A stretch of DNA of 63,404 nt, counting the filler, from Octopus bimaculoides (taxonomy: Eukaryota), in the NCBI RefSeq assembly GCF_001194135.2. It is 5 parts of 5 records of this genome, joined end to end, with 100 filler letters (N's around TTAATTAATTAA, not from the genome) between each part and the next. Parts side by side here need not be neighbours in the genome. Positions count along the whole stretch, not along the records: positions 36,738 to 44,922 come from NC_068989.1; positions 45,023 to 55,208 come from NC_068990.1; 3 more parts are not named here. The stretch is one strand, 5' to 3'. The notes below the pieces were generated by a model, which was not told the DNA's origin, did no database searches, and was given only the letters and a program-made list of their open reading frames with translations. Shown in pieces: positions 39,218-51,139 of this stretch. Positions within the stretch are counted from its first letter, which is position 1; each line of letters opens with the position of its first letter. A program made the position numbers and the translations under genes.

Positions 39218-39545
39218 TGAAGGCGCATGGCTCAGTGGTTAGAGCAACAGGCTCACAACCACGCACTAGTGAGTTCGACTCCTGGACTGGGCGGGGTGTT
39301 GACACTGTATGTCATATTGCTACAGTTCACTCAGCTGTAGAAATGACCTGCAACGTCATTAGTGTCAAGCTGTATTGGCCCTGCTTTCCTTTGGATAGCA
39401 TCCGTGGAATGGAGAGGGGTGGCTAGACTGCATGGGCGACTGCTGGTCTTCCATAAACAACCTTCCCTGGACTTGAGACTCAGAAGGTTACTTTTTAGGT
39501 GTAATCTCATGGGCATTCATTGACCGAAAGCAGTCTTTACATTTT
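39218..39545 (+). mobile_element. tRNA-derived SINE family C
   Basis: A box TGGCTCAGTGG, B box GTTCGACTCC, followed by a non-tRNA body. Confidence 0.8.
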
Positions 39546-39689
39546 ATGCACGCATACAGATACGTGTGTATGTGTGTATATATAACCATGTAAAATATAA
39601 CAGACACTCTTACGTAGTCCTAAATAACATTAGACAGTCATATATACATTGAAATATGTATATTCCAGTATACATATATATATATATAT

Positions 39690-40220
<531 letters not shown>

Positions 40221-40575
40221 ATATACATATTCAAACATACGAACTCAAACACACACGCAAGAAATCATTGAGCGGAGATTTCTGTAACCATACAACCATG
40301 ATTACTGGACGATTATGAGGTATGTAGGGCCAAACTTAAGTGTCCATGTGTTAGGGCGGTATAACACACGGCTTGCTTCCCTACAGCTATGTTTTTATTT
40401 CAAAATATTTCCCAGCAGCAATTGAACCAAGAACAATGAGCATTGTGGGTCCCGCAACTGAAGTACACTTAACAGTAATATTTTTGATGAGCCTGCACAT
40501 ATAATTTATATTATATGTTCGTGTGTGTATATGCATGTGTGTCAGTGAGTATATATATATATGTGTCTGGGTATA

Positions 40576-40796
40576 TACGAGGAAGTGCTGAAAAGTTACT
40601 GGTTTTAAGGATGTTGCAAAAGGCCTGACTGGAAGCCGAATCTTCTGAGTTCTTTTACACGGCTTTGAAAAGCTGAATGATCTCTGCAGTAACTGTGTGA
40701 ATCTGAGAGGGTAATATGTTCAATAAAATCATAATTAAATTCTCCTCCTCCACTTACTTTTACCTAAAGCCAGGGACTTCTTAGCAACCCCACTTA
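40576..40796. mobile_element. Mariner-derived MITE
   Basis: TIRs tacgaggaagtgctgaaaagttactggtttt / aaagccagggacttcttagcaaccccactta. Related to 50153 and 55937. Confidence 0.75.
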
Positions 40797-40799
40797 TTA

Positions 40800-40990
40800 G
40801 TTTCAAATGTTGGCACATGGTCAGTCGATTAAGTCTATCCTAATGCTTAAACGGTACTTATTTCTTCAACGTAGAAATGGAGAAAGGCATATTCGACTTT
40901 GGTGGAATTTGAACCCAGGACGTGAAGACGGACGAAATGTCGCTCAGCATTTTGCCCGGCGTGCAAATAACTCTGCCTGGCACCGCCTTA
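40800..40990 (-). mobile_element. SINE family A (diverged)
   Basis: ggaatttgaacccagg...cagcattttgcccggcgtgc...ctgcctggcaccgcctta. Confidence 0.8.
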
Positions 40991-41298
40991 AGTTTTATAT
41001 ATGAATGTGTCTTTTGATATCAAGTTAAATATTAATAGAATTTGCCACTGAAACGAAGAATTTGCTCAACACAATTCAGTAGAAAAGATATTCACTAGAC
41101 ATTTACAAGGAAAAGTTTCACTGCATCTTCGAAGTTTGGGTTCCTTGCCAGATATGTACGCATAAAGCTCCGATGAGGTTATAGAGAGATACACAAGCAC
41201 TCAACTAGGATTGCATTACATCATATAGCAAAAACAGCTGTAAGCAATGGGGTTCATGGCAATTTGTTATTCCCTTGTCAGTTTTTTAAGTCATATGA

Positions 41299-41343
<45 letters not shown>

Positions 41344-41359
41344 CATGTGTACATGTATT

Positions 41360-41419
<60 letters not shown>

Positions 41420-41863
41420 ACTGTGTATATATATACCCGTGTATGTGTGTGTTTATATCAACTCGAACGACATTTACATGCATGCAAAGTATGCCATCCA
41501 TACATACATAGATACAAATGGTTGTGTGAGCTCTGGTATGTGGGCGTGCATGTAGGTTCTTTCATACATGACTATCCTGTTAAAGATTCTACACATATTT
41601 CTGTTTATCCGTGTGTTTATCTGGATATATATATATACGTATTATGGCTATGTAACTGCGTATGAGTGTGCATGAGCACGAGTGATCACGAGTGTTTGTG
41701 TTTGGATGTGTGCGTGTGTGTGTATGTGTGACTATATTTACGATCGTCTGTATTTGTATATGTAGGTGTGTCAAAGAAACCAGGATTGATGTACCGGTTA
41801 CGAATAACCTACACAATATTTACATAAGCGTTCAGAAACACATAATACACACACACACATACA

Positions 41864-41914
<51 letters not shown>

Positions 41915-42013
41915 TTTTACTTTTATTCTTTTGTTTTCAGTCATTCGAATGCGGCCATACTGGAGCTTCAGCTAGAAGGGTTTTAGTCAATTAAATCGAC
42001 ATCAGGACTTGCT
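41915..42013 (-). mobile_element. SINE family B, 3' end
   Basis: ttcagtcattcgaatgcggccatactggagc. Confidence 0.8.
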
Positions 42014-43184
42014 ANNNNNNNNNNNNNNNNNNNNNNNNNNNNNNNNNNNNNNNNNNNNNNNNNNNNNNNNNNNNNNNNNNNNNNNNNNNNNNNNNNNNNN
42101 NNNNNNNNNNNNNNNNNNNNNNNNNNNNNNNNNNNNNNNNNNNNNNNNNNNNNNNNNNNNNNNNNNNNNNNNNNNNNNNNNNNNNNNNNNNNNNNNNNNN
42201 NNNNNNNNNNNNNNNNNNNNNNNNNNNNNNNNNNNNNNNNNNNNNNNNNNNNNNNNNNNNNNNNNNNNNNNNNNNNNNNNNNNNNNNNNNNNNNNNNNNN
42301 NNNNNNNNNNNNNNNNNNNNNNNNNNNNNNNNNNNNNNNNNNNNNNNNNNNNNNNNNNNNNNNNNNNNNNNNNNNNNNNNNNNNNNNNNNNNNNNNNNNN
42401 NNNNNNNNNNNNNNNNNNNNNNNNNNNNNNNNNNNNNNNNNNNNNNNNNNNNNNNNNNNNNNNNNNNNNNNNNNNNNNNNNNNNNNNNNNNNNNNNNNNN
42501 NNNNNNNNNNNNNNNNNNNNNNNNNNNNNNNNNNNNNNNNNNNNNNNNNNNNNNNNNNNNNNNNNNNNNNNNNNNNNNNNNNNNNNNNNNNNNNNNNNNN
42601 NNNNNNNNNNNNNNNNNNNNNNNNNNNNNNNNNNNNNNNNNNNNNNNNNNNNNNNNNNNNNNNNNNNNNNNNNNNNNNNNNNNNNNNNNNNNNNNNNNNN
42701 NNNNNNNNNNNNNNNNNNNNNNNNNNNNNNNNNNNNNNNNNNNNNNNNNNNNNNNNNNNNNNNNNNNNNNNNNNNNNNNNNNNNNNNNTATATACACATA
42801 TATATAGATATAGATATATATATATATATGCATATAAATGAGTAAATACATTTAATTTTGTACATATATCACTGTATATTTGCTTACGCAGATTGTATAC
42901 ATATATATATGCATGTATATGTCAAGAAATGTATTTGTTTACTTTTACGTATGTATGTATGTATGTATGAACATACACATTCATGTATGTATACACAGAT
43001 TTCTGTTTCCATGTATAAGAAAAAGTGTTCGCTTTACTAAACGAGAAAATTATATCGATTTTCCTACACTGTTTACGTTCTTTTAAAAACACATGCACTT
43101 CTGTTTATGAACAATGTTTGTGAGCATGCGTGAGTGTTTGTATGTGCATATTTATCTATCTATCCATCCATCTATCTATCTATC

Positions 43185-43237
<53 letters not shown>

Positions 43238-43789
43238 NNNNNNNNNNNNNNNNNNNNNNNNNNNNNNNNNNNNNNNNNNNNNNNNNNNNNNNNNNNNNNN
43301 NNNNNNNNNNNNNNNNNNNNNNNNNNNNNNNNNNNNNNNNNNNNNNNNNNNNNNNNNNNNNNNNNNNNNNNNNNNNNNNNNNNNNNNNNNNNNNNNNNNN
43401 NNNNNNNNNNNNNNNNNNNNNNNNNNNNNNNNNNNNNNNNNNNNNNNNNNNNNNNNNNNNNNNNNNNNNNNNNNNNNNNNNNNNNNNNNNNNNNNNNNNN
43501 NNNNNNNNNNNNNNNNNNNNNNNNNNNNNNNNNNNNNNNNNNNNNNNNNNNNNNNNNNNNNNNNNNNNNNNNNNNNNNNNNNNNNNNNNNNNNNNNNNNN
43601 NNNNNNNNNNNNNNNNNNNNNNNNNNNNNNNNNNNNNNNNNNNNNNNNNNNNNNNNNNGCCTCACAGCGTTCATACACACATAATTTTTCTCGTCTGGCC
43701 GTAAAGCCTTTTCTGTTTGTTTACCTGTCTTGTTTTTTTGTCCGCCACTACATTCCTCCATGGCAAGATTTAATTTGTGTATACAAATT

Positions 43790-44025
43790 TAATTTGCGGT
43801 CCATGGGAAGAGCCGTTTTAACGATGCGTCCTGCCCAGCTCTTCGAAACGCCGGTGTTAAAACGGGGGTAGCTGATGAAGTAGAATGTTCTCTATGTGGC
43901 TTGTGTGTTTTCTCGTCTACGTTTTGTTTGCAATGTCCTGTACCCAGATATGCACCTATACATACAGGTGGATGTCGGTACGCACATACCTGTACGTATA
44001 TATGCATATACTCATTTACTATTTG
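43790..44025 (+). repeat. Interspersed repeat family E, copy 2 (structured, hammerhead-like boxes)
   Basis: Matches the reverse complement of 24738-24941. GAAGAGC/GCTCTTC stem precedes GAAAC; CTGATGA at 43872. Confidence 0.85.
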
Positions 44026-44048
44026 TTTTATATATATATTAATATATA

Positions 44049-44895
44049 CAGGGTGCGGTGAATTAATTGTCATCTAAATTAAGCAAAAACCAAAATAGCA
44101 CTGGTATCTCATTTTAAGACATATATTTACCGAAATTACATAAAAATATCTTGAAAGACAAAAAAGTAAATTCAATCAATAAAATTGCCATTGGCTTCAA
44201 CCACAGCCTCCAGACGATTTCAGAATCTCCTGCGTCTCTTCTGAACGATCTCCTTGTTGATGATGGTGTATACGCCCATAACCTTTGCCTTCAGTTCATC
44301 TTTGGTGTTACAAGGAAGTTTTGTTGGTCTCTCGCTCAACTGCCCCCCAACACATAATAATCAAGGTGGTCGTACTGTAGGGTGATAGATGTTAATGTGA
44401 TGTGGTCGTTTGTGTGGGTTCTCAAGCTTGAATAGTACGTTCAGAGTCCTGTTGCCAGACATAGGTTCTTCCAGCACCCACCCTCTTGACCCATGGCAGC
44501 AATACCTCCTCAAGACACTATCTGGAGGTCTCTCTGTTGAGTTTGAGGTCGTGTGAGAAGATGAATGGAAACATAGCGTCGTCATCATTAGTGATCACTC
44601 CAAACACCAAGATGTTGACTGGATATTTGATTTTTTTCACTCTCGGTACATGTCCTCAGATTGCACTGCTCTCAGATTGACACCCAAACACTGAAATGCT
44701 CGTATTGGAGCATCTGATGCGAATCCTGAGCAGTACAGCATGTCGTTTCCATATTTCTGGCAGAGTAAATTGTCTCATGGTACTGATTTTCTCCCAACTG
44801 AGTCTATTATTATATGTAGTCAACAAAACGAGAAAATTTTGCGGATGAGCAAAATTAAGAATATGAAATGGCGACAACTTACTCATCGCACCCTA
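44049..44895 (-). mobile_element. Internally deleted maT/DD37D-like transposon with both TIRs
   Basis: TIRs cagggtgcggtgaattaattgtc / gacaacttactcatcgcacccta. KIKYPVNILVFGVITND...LLPWVKRVGAGRTYVWQQDS and LDYYVLGAVERETNKT. Confidence 0.9.
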
Positions 44896-44966
44896 ATTAT
44901 ATATATATATATATATATATATNNNNNNNNNNNNNNNNNNNNNNNNNNNNNNNNNNNNNNNNNNNN

Positions 44967-44978
44967 TTAATTAATTAA
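44967..44978. other. Assembly linker TTAATTAATTAA
   Basis: Same 100-nt spacer. Confidence 0.95.
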
Positions 44979-45351
44979 NNNNNNNNNNNNNNNNNNNNNN
45001 NNNNNNNNNNNNNNNNNNNNNNAAAAAAAAAATAGAAAAAAAAATCACTTGTCAAGCAATATAGCTCTGTTGAGGTGGTCGCTGTTACTCGGCCTGATGA
45101 CAAGAAAGTGTGGGAATTTAAGGAATTACTAATAGTTACTCAATGTAATCTCTCAGTAGGTCTTTTTTTTTTTTTACTGAATTACGCTGATCCCATATTG
45201 TTGAAAAGACCTGTCTATAGTGTGAGAGAGAATAGATATTTTACATATTTTCTTTTTAATCAAGTCTAAAAATAATGAAGTGAATTATCTTTATGCATTC
45301 ATTTGACTAAATTTTCTTTTAATTTTTCTCTCAATCATATTATCGTTAAAA

Positions 45352-45399
45352 GTTGTATATAACTGCAATTTCGACCTTATTGAGTTTCATCAGTACGAC
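45352..45399 (-). ncRNA. Minimal type I hammerhead-ribozyme motif
   Basis: GUCGUA-CUGAUGA-AACU-caauaa-GGUC-GAAA-U-ugcaguu-AUA-UACAAC: both core boxes, 5/6-bp stem I, AUA site, 2-bp stem III. The first stem II pair is an A.C mismatch. Confidence 0.55.
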
Positions 45400-45484
45400 G
45401 AGATCATGAATGTAATGAGCATCAAGTATTGCGTTACTTTACAGTAAATTATTACCTTTACAAAAAGAGGAGGGACGACAGTTA

Positions 45485-45650
45485 GATAATATATTTCTGC
45501 TATAGGAACAAGTCTCAATATTGTCGCGGAGGGGCGCTAATCCATTACATTCATCCCAGTGTTCAACTGGTATTTATTTCATCGACCCCGAAAAGATAAA
45601 AAGCAAAGCTGACCGCGGCGGAATTTGAACGGAGATTGTAAAGACGAAGG
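45485..45650 (-). mobile_element. SINE family A (diverged)
   Basis: ttcatcgaccccgaaaagataaaaagcaaagctgaccgcggcggaatttgaac. Confidence 0.8.
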
Positions 45651-46257
45651 CCATACACTCATTATTATTGACTTTCACATATAACCAATATTATGGTGAG
45701 TGAACAACTCTGGCTGGTTTGGAAATCCTACATAAGATAAAATACTAGTGTAATTACATTCATCTACACAGATGTCAGTAACGCAAGCCTGTGAATCAAT
45801 TAAAAGTGTTTCAGAGGCGTCTCCTCCTATAACTTTGAATTATACACTTCCTTCAATGCTTACATGTAGCTAAATGAACGTGGAATGACCCTGTTCAGTT
45901 TTTATCGAACACTTAGTCATGGACATATAAAAACGAAGATTACATAGCACAATCTGTCGACCACTATTATAGTTGTCTTTTAGGCTATCGATTCGGCATA
46001 TCCATAGTCATTTAAAATGTGCTGCTGCGAAATACAGCGTGGATTCCATAGAAGATTAGATAAGAAGCCAATGCATTAAGTCTAGTCTGCAACCTATTTT
46101 CATTTCTCACCAGAAGCCGAACTGTCTCAGTTATAAAAGAGTAATTTTCTCTTTAACAGTACATAAATATAATATCAGGATTTTGTTTGAACCACAAAGA
46201 ACTGCAAACAACAAAACCAAAAGATTTTGTTTGTTTGTCCACAGAGACGGCGGGTTC

Positions 46258-46307
<50 letters not shown>

Positions 46308-46324
46308 TAATAATAATAATAATG

Positions 46325-46358
<34 letters not shown>

Positions 46359-46429
46359 TGATATTTCATTTGTTTGCCACTAGGGCAAAAGGTGAGGGGG
46401 ACAATACATAGACAGACATAAAGTGTAGG

Positions 46430-46655
46430 GGTTTACATACAAATAAATGATAAAATAATTAAATGACAAAAATAATAATAATAATAAGTATACTCGGTAT
46501 ACAAAGAAAAGGAAGGGAAATATACATCGTATACAGAGATTTAAAGGAAAAAAGGGTGTATGGTGGAATGATAGAGATGTAGTCCTCCTGATACAGGATG
46601 ACCTCTAGAGATAGTCGAGGAACCCCAGTGTCCAAGATACCCCTGAGGACCAATT
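46430..46655 (-). mobile_element. Probable LINE 3' end fragment
   Basis: GC-richer segment followed by a pyrimidine-rich, tail-like region. Recognition only; no diagnostic motif. Confidence 0.35.
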
Positions 46656-46663
46656 GTAATTAT

Positions 46664-47075
46664 AATTCTTTCTACTATAGACACAATGTTTGAAATTTTG
46701 TGGGAGGGACAAGCCGATTACATCAGCCCCAGTACGCAACTGGTACTTAATTTATCGGATTCGGAAAGGTTGAAAGGCAGGGTCGACTTCGGTGGAATTT
46801 GAACTTAGAATGTAAAAACGGACCAAATGTCGCTAACAATTTTGCCTGGTGCGCTAATGTTTCTTATTTCTTTATTGCGCACAAGAGGCTAAACACAGAG
46901 GGGACAAACAAGGACAAACAAAAGGATTAAGTCGATCACAACGACCCCAGTGCATAACTGGTACTTATTTCATGGACCCCGAAAGGATGAAAGGCAATTT
47001 GAACTCGGAATGCAAAGGCAGAGGAAATGCCGCTGAGCTGGCAGCAACGTGCCAATGATTCTGCCAGCTCACCGC
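46664..47075 (-). mobile_element. Head-to-tail SINE family A dimer (junction 46860/46861)
   Basis: The tail gaaataagaa of one copy abuts acattagc, i.e. position ~21 of the next copy. Confidence 0.9.
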
Positions 47076-47081
47076 ACTCCC

Positions 47082-47125
<44 letters not shown>

Positions 47126-47427
47126 GACCTGGAAATAGAGATAACTCGAATGTGGAATCTAAAAACAGAAACAATTCCTATCATAGTGGGTGCCTTAGGT
47201 ATAATAAAAAAAATATTCAGACAATTACATAACAAAAACACCAGGACTTACAAATATATATAACATACAGAAAATTGCACTACTGGGCACTGCACACATT
47301 CTACGCAAAACACGTTCAATACAGTAAACATAAGAGCACCACAGCAAACCACAGCACATACCCAAGGCGCACAGAGCTGCGCTCGGTAGTGAAGTGAAAG
47401 CACGTTATAAAAATAGAACTACTGAAC
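47126..47427 (+). mobile_element. R4/Dong-like (restriction-like endonuclease) LINE 3' end embedded in (AAT)n
   Basis: DLEIEITRMWNLKTETIPIIVGALGIIKKYSDNYITKTPGLTNIYNIQKIALLGTAHILRK, flanked by (AAT)n on both sides. Confidence 0.85.
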
Positions 47428-47492
<65 letters not shown>

Positions 47493-47505
47493 CAACAACA
47501 ACAAC

Positions 47506-47581
<76 letters not shown>

Positions 47582-48039
47582 ATAATAATAACGATTTCAA
47601 ATTTTGGCACGAGGTCAGCAATTTTATAATGATAATATTGCAATATTAGATAATGTCTGTTATGTAGATGTAAACACATCCAATCATTTTAGACCAGGTT
47701 GGATGTTTTAACATGTACATGATTTGTCTTGGTGTAAAAGATGGGCTGCAGCAACTATGATGCTCAATACGACAGATTTGCTTATCAGTTCCTTGAATTA
47801 AACATTTGAGCATGTTCTTTAGTGGCTCACGATATGTGCGTCTCTCACCAGGAGTAGGATATTGGGGGGGGGGTGCATTACATCCATGTATTGAGAGGAA
47901 TCCTTTGGGGCTTGGATAATTCACACTTGGATGCATGGGTGTTTCGTTAAAAGAGTCAGAAGAAAATTGCCGTTGAGTACTTTGTACGACGCGCTAACAA
48001 CTCTACTAACTTACCGCCTTAATAATTATCATATTTTCT

Positions 48040-48245
48040 GGTTTAAGTACAAAGACCAGCAGTTTTGGGAACTGCAGTTTAGTCAGTTATATCGACACCA
48101 GTACTTGACGGGTACCTCATTTTATCGATCCCGACAGGACGAACGGCAATATTAGCATCGTTGGGATTTGAACTCAGAACGTAAAGTCAGAAGAAATGCC
48201 GCTAAACATTATGTCCGGTGTGGTTACGATTCTGCCAGCTCACCA
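48040..48245 (-). mobile_element. SINE family A (diverged)
   Basis: gggatttgaactcagaacgtaaag...gattctgccagctcacc. Confidence 0.8.
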
Positions 48246-48379
48246 TATTTAATATTAATATTAGCAATGACAACGATAGCGGTTTCAAATTTTGGCAAAA
48301 GGTCACAAGTTCCAGGAAGAGTGGGGGGGGGGGAATAAATCNNNNNNNNNNAAGTTCCAGGAAGAGTGGGGGGGGGGGA

Positions 48380-48768
48380 ATAAATCGATTACATCGGCCC
48401 CAGTGCTCAACTGGTACTTGTTTCATCCACTCCGAAGGGATGAAATACAAAGTCGACCTCGGCTGAATTCGGACTCAGAACGTAAAGACGAACGAAATGT
48501 CGCTAAGTATTTTACCCGACATGTTAAAGATTCTTATTTCTTTATTGACCACAAGGGGCTAAATATAGAGGGGACAAACAAGGACAGACAAGGGATTAAG
48601 TCGATTACATCGATCCCAGTGCGTAACTGGTACTTAATTTATCGACCCCGAAAGGATGAAAGGCAAAGTCGACCCCGGCGGAATTTGAACTCAGAACGTA
48701 GCGGCAGACAAAATACCGCAAAGCATTTCGCCGGGCGTGCTAACGATTCTGCCAGCTCGTCGCCTTAA
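48380..48768 (-). mobile_element. Head-to-tail SINE family A dimer (junction 48530/48531)
   Basis: The tail gaaataagaa abuts tctttaac (equivalent to tcgttagc), the same junction position as at 46860. Confidence 0.9.
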
Positions 48769-49667
48769 CAATGATAATAATAATAATGACGCTGATGATG
48801 GCGATAATGATGATGATAATAACAATAGACATTTGATATCTCATATTGATATCTCATAACCCTATGGCAACCCTGATCGATCCCAACTACGATCAAAGAT
48901 TTTCAAGCCGTGACTTATATTCCCATATATTCTATGAAAGTCTAAGTAATCCAATAATTCTTTCCTTTTAATAATATGATGTGGTTTGAGGAGAGTTGAC
49001 CGAGTGACCGTGTTAAGGATATCTGTGCTCGTTGGCTCTTTGAAGTGAAATTCGTAGATAGGTGACAGACAGAAGAAGCACTGAAACAAGGTAATTCGCT
49101 CCGTGAGACATTCTCTTATCATACATTCACTTACACTCGTCATCCAATCACCACGGCTGACAGATAACGATTTTCCGTTTGTTGAATAAGAAAGGTAAAT
49201 TATGTGAGACTATTATGTATCGAAATACAGTGTTGGATAAAGAGTCAGATTTAAGTGAATAGCGACACTGAAATATTGTATATGAAATCAGGCATGTATG
49301 CTCTACTTTGAGATATCTTCAAGCTTTTATTAGATTCAAAGTGGCCATTGACAATTGAAGTGTTTTACATAGTATAAATATGTATTTTATTATTTAGTTT
49401 TATTTCTAGATTTCTCGCCAACGGAAATATAGCCGGTTTCTAAACTGCAACCAAGGCTCTTTCGTTAGCATTTTAATGTCATCAACAAGGTCAGGCGTGG
49501 GTGTACGTGTGGCTATAGGTGGTATGTGGCGTTAGTAAGTGTGCAGACCTGTGTCTGCTTTATGCATGTGATTCATAAATGTAATTGAATGTCTAGTTAC
49601 TCTTGCAAAGTATTACATATTGTATATATGTGTGTGAATATATGCAAGTATGTATGCGTACATACAC

Positions 49668-49726
<59 letters not shown>

Positions 49727-50152
49727 NNNNNNNNNNNNNNNNNNNNNNNNNNNNNNNNNNNNNNNNNNNNNNNNNNNNNNNNNNNNNNNNNNNNNNNNNN
49801 NNNNNNNNNNNNNNNNNNNNNNNNNNNNNNNNNNNNNNNNNNNNNNNNNNNNNNNNNNNNNNNNNNNNNNNNNNNNNNNNNNNNNNNNNNNNNNNNNNNN
49901 NNNNNNNNNNNNNNNNNNNNNNNNNNNNNNNNNNNNNNNNNNNNNNNNNNNNNNNNNNNNNNNNNNNNNNNNNNNNNNNNNNNNNNNNNNNNNNNNNNNN
50001 NNNNNNNNNNNNNNNNNNNNNNNNNNNNNNNNNNNNNNNNNNNNNNNNNNNNNNNNNNNNNNNNNNNNNNNNNNNNNNNNNNNNNNNNNNNATACATATA
50101 CGTATGCTTATATGTACATGCATATGTACACATACTTACATACATATATATT

Positions 50153-50470
50153 TACTCGAGGAGCTGCTGAAAAATTCCTGAAAAGCGGAGGATCAGTTAA
50201 TTATGATTTCATTAAACATATTTTATTCAACATATTCACCATATTCAGATTGCAGCAGTCCTTCAGTTTTTCCAAGCCTTGTAAAAAGAACTCCCAAGGT
50301 TGGATCTTGAACGAGACCACTGTGGTAGCGATCACTTCCGAATTGGAGTGAAATTTCCTTCCCTTGAGATGTTTTTTTTAGTTCGGGAACGAGGTGATAG
50401 TAGGAAGGGTCCAAATCAGGATAGTTCACAAATTCGAAGCCAGATTCACGTATTTACTGTAGAGTCTCGT
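50153..50470 (-). mobile_element. Mariner (DD34D) 3' end with TIR
   Basis: YPDLDPSYYHLVPELKK...GEYVE resembles YSPDLAPSDYHLFP.LKK. TIR ctcgaggagctgctgaaaaattcc. Confidence 0.85.
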
Positions 50471-50639
50471 GTGGTGTGTGTGGTGGTGCATTAGCCTAAC
50501 ACAAAACAGGACATTACGCCTCAGCGTTCCACTGTGTTATTACTTCAAAGTTTCATGCAGTTCGTCCAACAGAGACATAGTATTTTGAATTGATTGTGCG
50601 ACTCTTTGGCGGGCTTTTTATGAGGGGTATTTTTCTTAG

Positions 50640-50730
50640 AACTCTGAAGCCAGATACTGCAATAGAGAAGAGAGGGTCTATGAGGTATTGTGCAAAAATT
50701 TGAACCAAAAATTTGGACAAGCATTGCCTT
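50640..50730 (+). CDS. Candidate exon NSEARYCNREERVYEVLCKNLNQKFGQALP(Y); alternative donor at 50684
   Basis: Acceptor gtatttttcttag. Donor T|gtcagt gives phase 1, which matches the next exon. Confidence 0.35.
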
Positions 50731-50844
50731 GTCAGTGAAGAATATATTCATTTGCAATTTAGCAGCCATCATGTATGTATATATTGATGTATTTATATGT
50801 GTGCATGTGTATGCATGCATCTCATTGTTCAGTTTCATTTCAAG

Positions 50845-50924
50845 ATTCCTTGACAATAGAGAAGGAGACGGTTTCTAACCTAGATCAAATGCTCCTTCCT
50901 TGGAATCTCAACATCAAAAACAAG
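50845..50924 (+). CDS. Candidate exon SLTIEKETVSNLDQMLLPWNLNIKNK
   Basis: Acceptor ttcagtttcatttcaag, donor AAG|gtattt, phase 1 to 0, in frame with the next exon. Confidence 0.55.
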
Positions 50925-50941
50925 GTATTTTTGTATGTATG

Positions 50942-50972
<31 letters not shown>

Positions 50973-51094
50973 GTATGTATATGCACAGATTTGTATATTT
51001 TGCGTTATGTATGTATTCTCATGCGTATAGTTGCATATGTAGACATGCTCATACATATTTAAACGATAAACCCCTGGAAAGTTTATTTTTACAG

Positions 51095-51139
51095 GTTTTG
51101 AAAGTTCCAGTGATTGACTGGATCTGTAATCGCCGAATT
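51095..51139 (+). CDS. Candidate exon VLKVPVIDWICNRRI
   Basis: Acceptor gtttatttttacag, donor ATT|gtatgt, phase 0-0. Confidence 0.55.
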
